In this document: one piece after another, positions 1 to 8,797 of the stretch
How positions within the stretch are numbered: position 1 is the first letter of the stretch
Layout: each line of letters opens with the position of its first letter
DNA from: Candidatus Poseidoniaceae archaeon
Lineage (GTDB): Archaea; Thermoplasmatota; Poseidoniia; Poseidoniales; Poseidoniaceae
DNA: 32,000 nucleotides
Reading direction: 5' to 3'
Assembly (NCBI GenBank): GCA_943789275.1
Contig: CALSTM010000001.1
Location: 420,001-452,000 of the forward strand
The notes under the pieces: model-generated
Database searches by the model: none
What the model saw: only the letters and a program-made list of their open reading frames with translations
Told to the model about the DNA's origin: nothing
Made by a program: the position numbers and the translations under genes

Positions 1-148
1 TACGTGTGGGTTCGAAGGCTATCGGTCCAAACGTCCGTCCCGGCCTCAATCCGTCCGTTACCAAGGAGTCTGATGATGATCTCCTCTCGTTTGATTAGAC
101 ATACGGCTCTATCAATGGGTTCAAAGACCGACTTCACAAGCAAACCTC

Positions 149-1462
149 ATGCAGCGTGAACGTGGTTCCTGGACTCCCAGCTCCTCTACATTATCGAAAG
201 CCAATGCAGTGCTCAATGCAACTGCAGCCAGTGGTAATCTCTACCGAAACGGACTTGGGATGATTGCCTCGGAAAACATCGTTTCACCGATGGTTCAGAA
301 GATTGTTGCCAGTGACTTGCACGGTCGGTACGCAGAAGGATTACCCGGCAAACGTTACTATCAGGGCTGCAACGATTTTGACACCATCGAAAGTATGGGA
401 ATTGAATTGGCTCAGTCTGTCTTCAATGCACCGTTCGCAAACATCCAATCCACTTCAGGAACAGTGTCTAACATTGCAGCACTGAAAGCGTTGGCAAAGC
501 CGGGCGACAAAATTACTGCGGTATCAACTGCAGATGGCGGCCATATATCTCACGCTCGAATGGGTGCAGTCGGCCTTCGAGACCTTGATTTGTCGACCTA
601 CCCATGGGATGAAGAACGGATGGAACCGGACATTGATGGAGCCTGTGCTCTCATCCGTGAGGTAAAGCCAAAAGTTTCGCTTATTGGACAATCCGTGTTT
701 TTATTCCCGACTCCACTTCGTGAAATCGCAGATGCTGCTCATGAAGTTGAATCGACGGTTATGTACGATGGTGCTCATGTTTTGGGACTCATTGCAGGTG
801 GTGTATTCCAAGATCCGTTGAGAGAAGGGGCTGATGTCATGACAGGTTCCTCTCACAAGACGTTCCCTGGGCCCCAGGGTGGTTTCCTTCTTTCATCAAG
901 CGAAGATTCAAAATTCCAACGTCGGCTCAATACGGCGGTATTCCCTGGTGTTTGTTCTTCTTACCACCTCCACCATGTTGCTGGAAAAGTTGTGGCTTTG
1001 GCTGAATTTGAAGAATACGGCGAGGCATATGCTCATGATATCGTTCGTAATGCACAAGCATTCGCTTCTGCCCTTGCAGCGGAAGGTTTTGATGTTTTGG
1101 CAGAATCTCGCGGTTACACAGCATCACATCAAGTCTTGACCCGGCATGGTTCAACGGATTCTGGTGCAGGTGCCAAGGCTGCCCAATTGTTGGAGGAGGC
1201 GGGAATTATTACCAACATGAACATGCTTCCTGGCGATACAAAGGCGATGACACCATCTGGTTTACGTCTTGGCGTACAAGAACTGACACGTGTCGGTATG
1301 GGTGTTTTGGAAATGCAAGAAGTTGCTCAACTTTATGCTCGTGTTCTTTTGCATTCTGAAGACCCTTCATCCGTCAAGAAAGATGTTTCACATCTCAAAT
1401 CAAATTTCCAAACCATTCGGTACTGTTTCAACGAAGAAAAGGTTACAGGATATCCATTTTGA
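149..1462 (+). CDS. glyA: serine hydroxymethyltransferase, archaeal type
   Basis: 437-aa ORF with ATG start. Matches archaeal GlyA, as I recall it from Methanocaldococcus, along its whole length: IASENIVSP, HGRYAEGLPGKRYYQGC, DGGHISH, PLP-lysine motif SSHKTFPGPQGG, FPGVCSSYHLHH. Confidence 0.93.
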   Translation: MQRERGSWTPSSSTLSKANAVLNATAASGNLYRNGLGMIASENIVSPMVQKIVASDLHGRYAEGLPGKRYYQGCNDFDTIESMGIELAQSVFNAPFANIQSTSGTVSNIAALKALAKPGDKITAVSTADGGHISHARMGAVGLRDLDLSTYPWDEERMEPDIDGACALIREVKPKVSLIGQSVFLFPTPLREIADAAHEVESTVMYDGAHVLGLIAGGVFQDPLREGADVMTGSSHKTFPGPQGGFLLSSSEDSKFQRRLNTAVFPGVCSSYHLHHVAGKVVALAEFEEYGEAYAHDIVRNAQAFASALAAEGFDVLAESRGYTASHQVLTRHGSTDSGAGAKAAQLLEEAGIITNMNMLPGDTKAMTPSGLRLGVQELTRVGMGVLEMQEVAQLYARVLLHSEDPSSVKKDVSHLKSNFQTIRYCFNEEKVTGYPF

Positions 1463-1471
1463 GGCTCTTCC

Positions 1472-2545
1472 ATGTCCCTTTCTGACGGTTCGGGCTCTCC
1501 TGACAGATCTGTTTTGACTGAACTTAACGACAACTTCCATTGTATGGAGAACGGTTCGATTACCGACTCAGATGGGCATGGCTGGATGGTTTGGAACCTT
1601 GTCGATTTCCACCGGTGGTGGCTCGCTTTCGAGACTTTTTCGGGTGTCCCACTTGGCCGGAAATTGCTCAATGCAGCAGCAGACGAAGAGGAATATTGCT
1701 TTTTGGGTAATTCCTTTTTTGAGGTCGGTTGGTTTCGCAAATCAACCCGACAGCGAACGAAACTTTCCCAACGTTGGAAGATGATGGGTTGGGGCTCATA
1801 TGATCTTGTCAACAGTGTAGTCTCTTCGAATCTTATCGGACCATTATGCAGTGGTTTTGCACTTGCAGCAAGCGAAAACATCAACCGTACACGGCTAAAA
1901 ATTCAGTGGAGTCAAACGACGAACAACCAAATCAACCTTGACTTGGAGAACGCTCAGCGAACGTTCACTCCAGCGCCGTCAAGTCCGGTACTTTGTTGGG
2001 ATTCTCATGCCAATCCAGAAACAATATTTACACCTCTCCAGCTCGATTTACAAACGGTTCAGAACGGTTGGACGCATGCTGGCGAACGGTGTTGTCTACT
2101 GCCAAGTGGAGTCTTTTCTCGTTTTTTTGAAACCATGACGGCACAGGGGATTCGACTTCGGCCAAGTTGGCTGGAATGCTGGGAGTTTGGGATTGGCATA
2201 AGTTCACAATCGCAGATCCCGTTGATTTTATCGGCCCTGGCAGTCAATGAGTTGGTATCTCAAAGTGAACAACCGATATACATCCAAGATTTGGAAAGTT
2301 GGAACCAACTTGGTGATGCATACCTCAAACCATTCGGATTCGGGAAACCAGTTCAGCTCCGAAGTCTCGACAGCCAAGGCGGCGTTGAATTTGACATCAA
2401 ACCTTGTTCGCATTTTCCATTCTTGGTTGGTTATTTGTATTCATTCTGGCAACGTGGGCATGGTCGAAAAGCCAAAGTACATCTCCAATTGGAAGGTGAT
2501 GTTTGGAGCGTTAAAATCACATCACTTTTGTCCTATGCTGAGTGA
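1472..2545 (+). CDS. hypothetical Trp/Cys-rich cytoplasmic protein, no family recognised
   Basis: 357-aa ORF whose ATG lies 9 nt after the glyA stop, at a TGAGGC-N6-ATG junction. No signal peptide or TM segment and no recognisable motif. Long uninterrupted frame in a dense same-strand gene run. Confidence 0.55.
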   Translation: MSLSDGSGSPDRSVLTELNDNFHCMENGSITDSDGHGWMVWNLVDFHRWWLAFETFSGVPLGRKLLNAAADEEEYCFLGNSFFEVGWFRKSTRQRTKLSQRWKMMGWGSYDLVNSVVSSNLIGPLCSGFALAASENINRTRLKIQWSQTTNNQINLDLENAQRTFTPAPSSPVLCWDSHANPETIFTPLQLDLQTVQNGWTHAGERCCLLPSGVFSRFFETMTAQGIRLRPSWLECWEFGIGISSQSQIPLILSALAVNELVSQSEQPIYIQDLESWNQLGDAYLKPFGFGKPVQLRSLDSQGGVEFDIKPCSHFPFLVGYLYSFWQRGHGRKAKVHLQLEGDVWSVKITSLLSYAE

Positions 2546-2641
2546 TTTCTCCAGTCCACTTTCCTTATTCATCATCATCAACGGTAGCACATTGAGAGTT
2601 AAGGTCTATAACCCATACACCAAGTCGGTAAAGTTGCACAG

Positions 2642-5600
2642 ATGTGCGTGGTGTATGAAATGTCTCTTAATCACAACCAAATGGCCTATGCCGCAATCAT
2701 CTCAACATTGATTTTCGGCTCACTCTTCGTCGGTTTTTCTGGCTACTTCCAAACCAGTGAAGGGCTTGGAGGTTTCGAGAGTGCTGCTGAAGATGATTTG
2801 ATTGGTTCTGGTACTTCGATTAGTGCCGCCTTGGATACCGATGGCGACGGTCTGTCGGATTTATTGGAATCAACCCAATACGGTACTGATCCACAACTTG
2901 CTGATACAGATTTTGACGGTATGAGCGATGGATGGGAAGTCGCCCATGGCCTCAACCCACTTGACAATGGTGAATCGGAAGATATTGAGCAAGACAGTTC
3001 CAACAACGATAATACCGATGAAGCGAACATCGAAAACGAAACAGATTCATGGCCAGACCCTGAACAAGGTCCAAATGGAGACCCAGACAACGATGGACTC
3101 ACCAACCAGCAAGAACAAGAACTCAAGACCGACCCTCAACGCTCCGACACTGATAACGACGGATTGAACGACTTGTGGGAGTCAAAATACACACAAACCG
3201 TTCAAACTCCAGGTGGAGATGTTTTGTTGTTTAACCCACTCAACGGAAACTGGGATTGTCTCTTGTTAGACCAAGCAATGGAAGAGACACTCTCGACTTT
3301 CTACGATTCATCAGATTCTCTCCCCTCATGGGAGCAACTCGCGAATCCTTCAGGCGCACATTCCTGCGACATGATTCTTGACACCGATGAAGATGGACTT
3401 CCAAACTTCCAAGAAGAAACGTATGGGACCAACCCAACTGCTCGCGACTCCGACATGGATTTACTCGATGATATCGTCGAAATCGGAAACCTCACATCGA
3501 CTCTCTCGACTGGAGTCGGTGAGAACTGTAACATTCCTTTGCTCGACCCAATCACACGCTCCTCTCCCTTTGCTGGAGTCGAGAACTCTTGGTTCCTCAT
3601 GGATATGGACGGCGACGGAATGCTCAACGGACCATCGGATTGGGATACTGACGGTGATGGGATGCCTGATGGATTCGAATTCTGTTATTCCGATGTCAAT
3701 GACCAACCACAAAACGACAATTCAAAGACACTCAACCCTGCTAATGCCTCTGATGGGTACGGAGATTGGGACGAAGACGGATTGAACAACTTGGAAGAAT
3801 ATGAAGTTGCAAACCTTTTCGGTCCAACGAATTTCACGTCTCCTTGGAGACTCGACACCGATATTGACGGCATGCCAGATGGTTGGGAATCAACAAACGG
3901 TCTCCACCCTCGTGACGGTGCAAACGGTAACCTCGACCCTGACCATGATGGTTGGGACGTTGATGGGGATGGCGGTGTATTCTACAGCACTCTTGATTCG
4001 ACAACCATCGTTGTCGGAATTGATGTCTTGAAGGACCAATGGGTCGAAGCGAACGCGACTGTCGCTCGCGGCCAAATCACTCTCGCAGGTGGTCAAAAGC
4101 AAACCATCGCTATGATTGCCCCAGTCTCCGGTTACGTCTACCAGATCGATGTTTCTATTGGACAAGCTGTCGAATCGCGACTTTTCCAATGGATGGAGAT
4201 TGTTGAGCCAGAAGAACAATTTACGAATCTTATGGAATACAACGCCCGTGACCGTAACGGTGATGGCATTATTGATGGTCGTTCGACTGACCCGCTGAAT
4301 CCTGACACTGACGGCGATAACCTCCTTGACGGTATTGAAGTCATGGGCTGGGAAATCCTTGTCGTCAACAACGGTGTGGTAAGAACTTGGGTCACTTCGG
4401 ACCCTGGCCTTTTCGATACAGATGCAGACGGATTGTCCGACTACGATGAGTTTGCGAACACATGTGCCGGCGGATCCAATGCATCAAACCCTGATACGGA
4501 CGGCGACGGTGAATCGGACCAGATTGAAGCACTTACTGGATACTCATGGGAAGGCGTTGCATACTTCACGAGCCCATGTATGTTCGATACTGACAACGAT
4601 GGTTTGGAAGACGGAGAGGAAGTCATTGCAGGCAAGGATAATTTCCTTACCCACGCAAACAACTCGGATACCGATAACGATAGCCTCGTTGATGGGAATG
4701 AAGTTCTGTTCGTCCCTCGTCCGTTCCAAAACCCTACCAATCCACTGCTCAACGATACCGACGCTGATGGAATGCTTGATGGCTGGGAAATGCAAGTAAA
4801 ATCTGCTGAACAAAATACCAATTCGCACAGTCTTTGGGTTGCCACATCCTCATGGCAGCGTCCAGGATGTGTCCCCTCTCAGAACAACGATTGTTCCATG
4901 GAGGCTGGTGGCTATGTATGGCTCAATAACCTCGGTGGTTTCGTCATTGAAAAGAAGTATGAAGTTTCAGAAATGAACCTCACAGGATTTTCAATGCCGG
5001 TCAATGCCTTGTGTGATTGCAACGGGCGTTGGGCTCTGGACCCTTCGCTTGACTCTCTAAAAGACGACACCTTTGACGTTGACAATGATTCTCTACCGAA
5101 CAGTGCTGAAGCACCAGACAAGTGGAATACAAATCCTGTTGATGATGATACAGATTCGGATAGTTTACCTGACGGCTGGGAAGTGTACTACTCCAGACTT
5201 GCTCTTGAAAGTGGTCTTGTTGACGAAGGAGCTTCTGACGCTTACGGAGCACGTGGCGTAATGGACCCTTCCATGCCTGACAGTGATCTTGATGGCATCA
5301 TGGATGGTGATGAAGATCCAGACAGCGATGGACTGAACCGTTCCGGCCTCATCAAGAAGTATTGTTCCGGGTATAACGACAGCACAAATTCCGATTGTAA
5401 TATCGACCCCGATACACCCGACGGAAAGCGTTTCTACGACAACCTCGAGAACTATACCAACCTTGAAGAGAAGCAAAACGGTACCAATCCAATTTCCAAT
5501 GACTCCGATGGCGATCAATGGAACGACGGTCCTGAAGTCTACTATCAAGACCACGATGATGACGGAATGGCCACAGGGTGGGAATTCCACTTCCAGTTCG

Positions 5601-5743
5601 ACCCTGATGATCCTGCTGACCGAATGATCGATACCGACGGTGACGGCCACGTGAATTATTGTGAATTCAAGTGGGACACGAATCCTCGTAACCCCACAAG
5701 TTTCCCAGGCCAAGGTGAGTTGTGCGATCCGTTTGCTCAATGA
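2642..5743 (+). CDS. giant acidic cell-surface protein with about 25 thrombospondin type-3-like calcium-binding repeats and an N-terminal membrane anchor or signal
   Basis: 1033-aa ORF. N-terminal hydrophobic segment AYAAIISTLIFGSLFVGFSGYF. Reiterated DxDxDGxxDxxE units such as DTDGDGLSDLLE, DTDNDGLNDLWE, DTDIDGMPDGWE, DTDADGMLDGWE. The start could also be 2660 or 2681. Confidence 0.85.
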   Translation: MCVVYEMSLNHNQMAYAAIISTLIFGSLFVGFSGYFQTSEGLGGFESAAEDDLIGSGTSISAALDTDGDGLSDLLESTQYGTDPQLADTDFDGMSDGWEVAHGLNPLDNGESEDIEQDSSNNDNTDEANIENETDSWPDPEQGPNGDPDNDGLTNQQEQELKTDPQRSDTDNDGLNDLWESKYTQTVQTPGGDVLLFNPLNGNWDCLLLDQAMEETLSTFYDSSDSLPSWEQLANPSGAHSCDMILDTDEDGLPNFQEETYGTNPTARDSDMDLLDDIVEIGNLTSTLSTGVGENCNIPLLDPITRSSPFAGVENSWFLMDMDGDGMLNGPSDWDTDGDGMPDGFEFCYSDVNDQPQNDNSKTLNPANASDGYGDWDEDGLNNLEEYEVANLFGPTNFTSPWRLDTDIDGMPDGWESTNGLHPRDGANGNLDPDHDGWDVDGDGGVFYSTLDSTTIVVGIDVLKDQWVEANATVARGQITLAGGQKQTIAMIAPVSGYVYQIDVSIGQAVESRLFQWMEIVEPEEQFTNLMEYNARDRNGDGIIDGRSTDPLNPDTDGDNLLDGIEVMGWEILVVNNGVVRTWVTSDPGLFDTDADGLSDYDEFANTCAGGSNASNPDTDGDGESDQIEALTGYSWEGVAYFTSPCMFDTDNDGLEDGEEVIAGKDNFLTHANNSDTDNDSLVDGNEVLFVPRPFQNPTNPLLNDTDADGMLDGWEMQVKSAEQNTNSHSLWVATSSWQRPGCVPSQNNDCSMEAGGYVWLNNLGGFVIEKKYEVSEMNLTGFSMPVNALCDCNGRWALDPSLDSLKDDTFDVDNDSLPNSAEAPDKWNTNPVDDDTDSDSLPDGWEVYYSRLALESGLVDEGASDAYGARGVMDPSMPDSDLDGIMDGDEDPDSDGLNRSGLIKKYCSGYNDSTNSDCNIDPDTPDGKRFYDNLENYTNLEEKQNGTNPISNDSDGDQWNDGPEVYYQDHDDDGMATGWEFHFQFDPDDPADRMIDTDGDGHVNYCEFKWDTNPRNPTSFPGQGELCDPFAQ
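2831..5668 (+). repeat. degenerate array of TSP3-like DxDxDGxxDxxE coding repeats, irregular spacing
   Basis: About 25 copies seen in the translation, from LDTDGDGLSD to DTDGDGHVNYCEF. The GAY-rich DNA yields Ser-rich shadow ORFs on the opposite strand. Confidence 0.8.
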
Positions 5744-5805
5744 TTCAGCATCTTTACGCACATTCCGGACGAACATTCATGTTTGTCGGTGAAGGGACAG
5801 TCTTC

Positions 5806-7371
5806 ATGCGACCAGTGAAAGCACTCCTTTTCATTGCAGTCGCAGGTCTTTTGACTTCACTTCTGCCGGTCTCAAACGCTTCATTGGGTGACGAAGTTCC
5901 TGAAATTTCAATTCACCAAAGCAACATTGGCCTTGAAGCACAGGATACACTCTACCTCAACGGAAGTTCTACCGTTCCACTCGCAGATGTTGATTGGTTC
6001 CTGTTTGATTTATTCAATTCCCCAAGCGTCTCTCTAGCGAGTGGTAAACTTTCGAACGTGGATGCAGTCAGTAACGGCCATTGGAACTGGAATCTTGAAC
6101 TCAATGTCACTTCTTTTGATTGTACATGCCGAATTGTCATCGGAGATGAAATAGACCTCGACCATCATAATTCACGTGTCATCTATCTTGGTTCTTCAAA
6201 CCATGTACCCTTTATCCACCCCATCATCCCTCACCACCAAAATAATGAGCGACAGTATTTCCTACTTTCAAACCAAGATTTAAATCTTGAAATCCCGGTA
6301 GCTTTACCTCCACACAGTTTGAATGAATCGTTTGTTTCGATGAATGTCTGTTCAGCTCCATCTGGAAATTGCCTTGAGGATATGACTCACTTCCGCAACT
6401 TTGCGAGTTCAACAAGTAACGGACAGTTGTTCGTTCTGTTCGAACTTGAATCTTTAGAACTCGAAGATGGGTTTTGGTTGTTTAATATCACCGTTACCGA
6501 TACTTTGTTGCACACCTCAAACACCGGTCATTTCAGTTTACTCGTAGATCAAACGTTGCCAACTGTACTTCTATCGACAGACGCACAACCTTTGGAACAG
6601 TCAACATCCATTGAACAGGAGGTTTCAGTTCTCCCAGAAATTGAAGAAGATGTAGAGATTTCATTTTCGGCAATTGTTGATGATGGTTACATCGGAGGGG
6701 AAAACCGCCTGACGTGGACACTCGTAGAACCTGATGGCACTCGCCGAGCGGTTGCTGAGGGCGAGTATGTTTCAGATTCAATTATCTCAATACATCCACC
6801 TTTTTCCGGTATTTGGACTGTTGAATTGCTCGTTCGAGATACAGCAGGTTGGCTCACTGTATCGAATTCACAGTTTACGGTCACCAATATTGCACCTGCA
6901 GTTAAAGTTGAAATAGACTCTTTTGTCGTTGCACCAGATTACACGGTCTCGTTAGGACTTGATGAGGAATGGGAACTCAACAGTTCGATGAGTGCTGACA
7001 CTTCCAATGATGTTCAGTCTTTGTCCTATACATGGTATGTAAACGGTAATACCTTCCTCGCAGGTAAGCCTGTTCTTGACTCGTCCATGTTTTCTGACCC
7101 GGGAATATATGATGTTCGTTTAGTTGTTGAGGATGACAATGGTGCTTCGAGCGAGATTCAATTTTCACTCTCCATTGAGGATTCAACTTCCTCAACGCTC
7201 AAGCAACCAAGCATGGCTTTCCTCGCTGCCACCGTCCTCATCTCTGTTGTTTTGGGTGGTTCTCTTGTTTTGGTTTTGACGCGAAAGACGGCATCGGACA
7301 CATCGGTGCCAAAATGGCAAAAAAAGTCTACTGAATCGGGATTAAACGCTGAGGATTCCGAAGCTTTGTAG
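5806..7371 (+). CDS. type-I membrane surface protein with a PKD/Ig-like domain and a C-terminal TM anchor
   Basis: The ORF opens at 5722 with GTG. ATG 5806 gives a clean signal peptide (MRPVKALLFIAVAGLLTSLLPVSNA) and follows GAAGGGA by 9 nt. ATG 5740 (an ATGA overlap with the upstream stop) is the alternative. PKD-like segment around 6890-7182 (LSYTWYVNGN...GIYDVRLVVEDDNGASS). C-terminal TM MAFLAATVLISVVLGGSLVLVL followed by basic residues. Confidence 0.75.
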   Translation: MRPVKALLFIAVAGLLTSLLPVSNASLGDEVPEISIHQSNIGLEAQDTLYLNGSSTVPLADVDWFLFDLFNSPSVSLASGKLSNVDAVSNGHWNWNLELNVTSFDCTCRIVIGDEIDLDHHNSRVIYLGSSNHVPFIHPIIPHHQNNERQYFLLSNQDLNLEIPVALPPHSLNESFVSMNVCSAPSGNCLEDMTHFRNFASSTSNGQLFVLFELESLELEDGFWLFNITVTDTLLHTSNTGHFSLLVDQTLPTVLLSTDAQPLEQSTSIEQEVSVLPEIEEDVEISFSAIVDDGYIGGENRLTWTLVEPDGTRRAVAEGEYVSDSIISIHPPFSGIWTVELLVRDTAGWLTVSNSQFTVTNIAPAVKVEIDSFVVAPDYTVSLGLDEEWELNSSMSADTSNDVQSLSYTWYVNGNTFLAGKPVLDSSMFSDPGIYDVRLVVEDDNGASSEIQFSLSIEDSTSSTLKQPSMAFLAATVLISVVLGGSLVLVLTRKTASDTSVPKWQKKSTESGLNAEDSEAL

Positions 7372-7383
7372 TTTTCACAATGC

Positions 7384-7395
7384 AATTATTGAATA
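7384..7395 (+). promoter_or_regulatory. candidate archaeal TATA box for a leaderless pepP transcript
   Basis: AATTATTGAATA is the only AT-rich block in the 46-nt gap. It is centred about 28 nt upstream of ATG 7418, and no SD sequence precedes that ATG. Supported by spacing only. Confidence 0.3.
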
Positions 7396-7417
7396 CTGTC
7401 GAACGACTGGCTACAGC

Positions 7418-8788
7418 ATGAACGAAGCGGCTATGGCCCACATTGGACCAAAACCTACAGTTATTTCCCAAGACGAGTATGTGGCTCGTCAGCATCGCTT
7501 AACATCACAACTTCGTCCAGATGATTTGGTTATTCTTTGTGCTGCTGAAGAGTCAACACATTCGAACGATGTCCACTACCCGTACAGAACCATGAGCGAC
7601 ATGCTCTATTTTGTCGGATGGACTGAGCCTGAAGCTGTTTTCACTCTCCGTTGTGTTGATGGAGAATGGATCTCAACACTGTTTGTCCAACCTAAAGACA
7701 CTCTCAAAGAAATTTGGGAAGGGCGCCGTCCTGGCGTTGAAGGTGCTTTGGCCAATTGGCCTGTCAATGAAGCACATTCGATTGATGTTCTTGATGAATC
7801 GCTTTCAAATTATATTTCAGAATCTCATCGAATTCTTCTACGCACCGGAATCCAATCATCAGTTGATTCTCTGGTTCGTAAGTCGGTTGACCGACGCGAC
7901 CGTGCTCGTCAGCACTTTGGCACTGGGCCAGTGTCCATTGAAGACCCAAGTTCTCGCATAGCAGAATTGCGATTGCGAAAGTCAGATGCAGAAATTGAGC
8001 AGATGAGGTTTGCCTCTGATGTTAGCAGTTTTGCGCATGTGGCTGCAATGCGACATTCGAAACCTGGACGTATGGAATACCAATTCCAGTCAACAATTGA
8101 AGGCTTCTTTGTCTATGCTGGAACTTCTGGTTGGGCTTACCCGTCTATTGTTGGATGCGGTGACAATGCCACTGTATTGCACTACAAAGAAAACAGCGAT
8201 GTATGTGAAGACGGTGAAGTAATTCTCATCGATGCAGGGGCTGAGTTCCGGGGATATGCTGCGGACATCACTCGTTCTTGGCCAATTAATGGTAAATTTA
8301 CCGAAGCCCAGAAAGAAATCTATCAACTCGTTCTCGACGCTCAATATGCGGCCATTGACAGTTGCCGAGTTGGGCAGCCATACACCGCACCTCATGACGC
8401 GGCTCGACGCGTTCTGGCTGAAGGCATCGTTCGTTTGGGCATCACCGATCAAACCGTTGAAGAGGCCCTCGATATGGAGTCCGGTGATTTACGAAAATGG
8501 TACATGCACAACACAAGTCATTGGATTGGCCTTGATGTCCATGATGTAGGAATCTACAAGCCAAACGGTGAGCCTCGTTTGTTAGAAGCGGGAATGTGCC
8601 TTACGGTTGAACCTGGTTTGTATTTTGGTGCATGGCGCCCCGATGTGGATTGTCCTGAACGGTACGCCAACATCGGAATTCGCATTGAGGATGATGTACT
8701 GGTCACATCAGGTGAGCCAGATGTACTCACGTCGGCTTGCCCCAAATCGATTGAAGATATTGAAGCCATTACTGGAACTGCATTTTGA
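7418..8788 (+). CDS. pepP: Xaa-Pro aminopeptidase (M24B)
   Basis: 456 aa with M24 pita-bread metal-site motifs: ILIDAGAEFRGYAADITR, HWIGLDVHD, GMCLTVEPGLY, IGIRIEDDVLVT. Confidence 0.9.
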   Translation: MNEAAMAHIGPKPTVISQDEYVARQHRLTSQLRPDDLVILCAAEESTHSNDVHYPYRTMSDMLYFVGWTEPEAVFTLRCVDGEWISTLFVQPKDTLKEIWEGRRPGVEGALANWPVNEAHSIDVLDESLSNYISESHRILLRTGIQSSVDSLVRKSVDRRDRARQHFGTGPVSIEDPSSRIAELRLRKSDAEIEQMRFASDVSSFAHVAAMRHSKPGRMEYQFQSTIEGFFVYAGTSGWAYPSIVGCGDNATVLHYKENSDVCEDGEVILIDAGAEFRGYAADITRSWPINGKFTEAQKEIYQLVLDAQYAAIDSCRVGQPYTAPHDAARRVLAEGIVRLGITDQTVEEALDMESGDLRKWYMHNTSHWIGLDVHDVGIYKPNGEPRLLEAGMCLTVEPGLYFGAWRPDVDCPERYANIGIRIEDDVLVTSGEPDVLTSACPKSIEDIEAITGTAF

Positions 8789-8797
8789 GGTGTTCGC

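Noticed and set aside
8-16. GGTTCGAA, a tRNA T-loop-like string at the window edge
   Set aside because: The flanking bases do not form a T-stem or acceptor stem on either strand. It is probably the tail of an upstream coding region.
2831-5668. Periodic repeats considered as a possible CRISPR or satellite array (also 11502-12305)
   Set aside because: The repeats are in-frame, degenerate at the DNA level and irregularly spaced. They encode DxDxDG calcium-binding loops, and there is no repeat-spacer structure.
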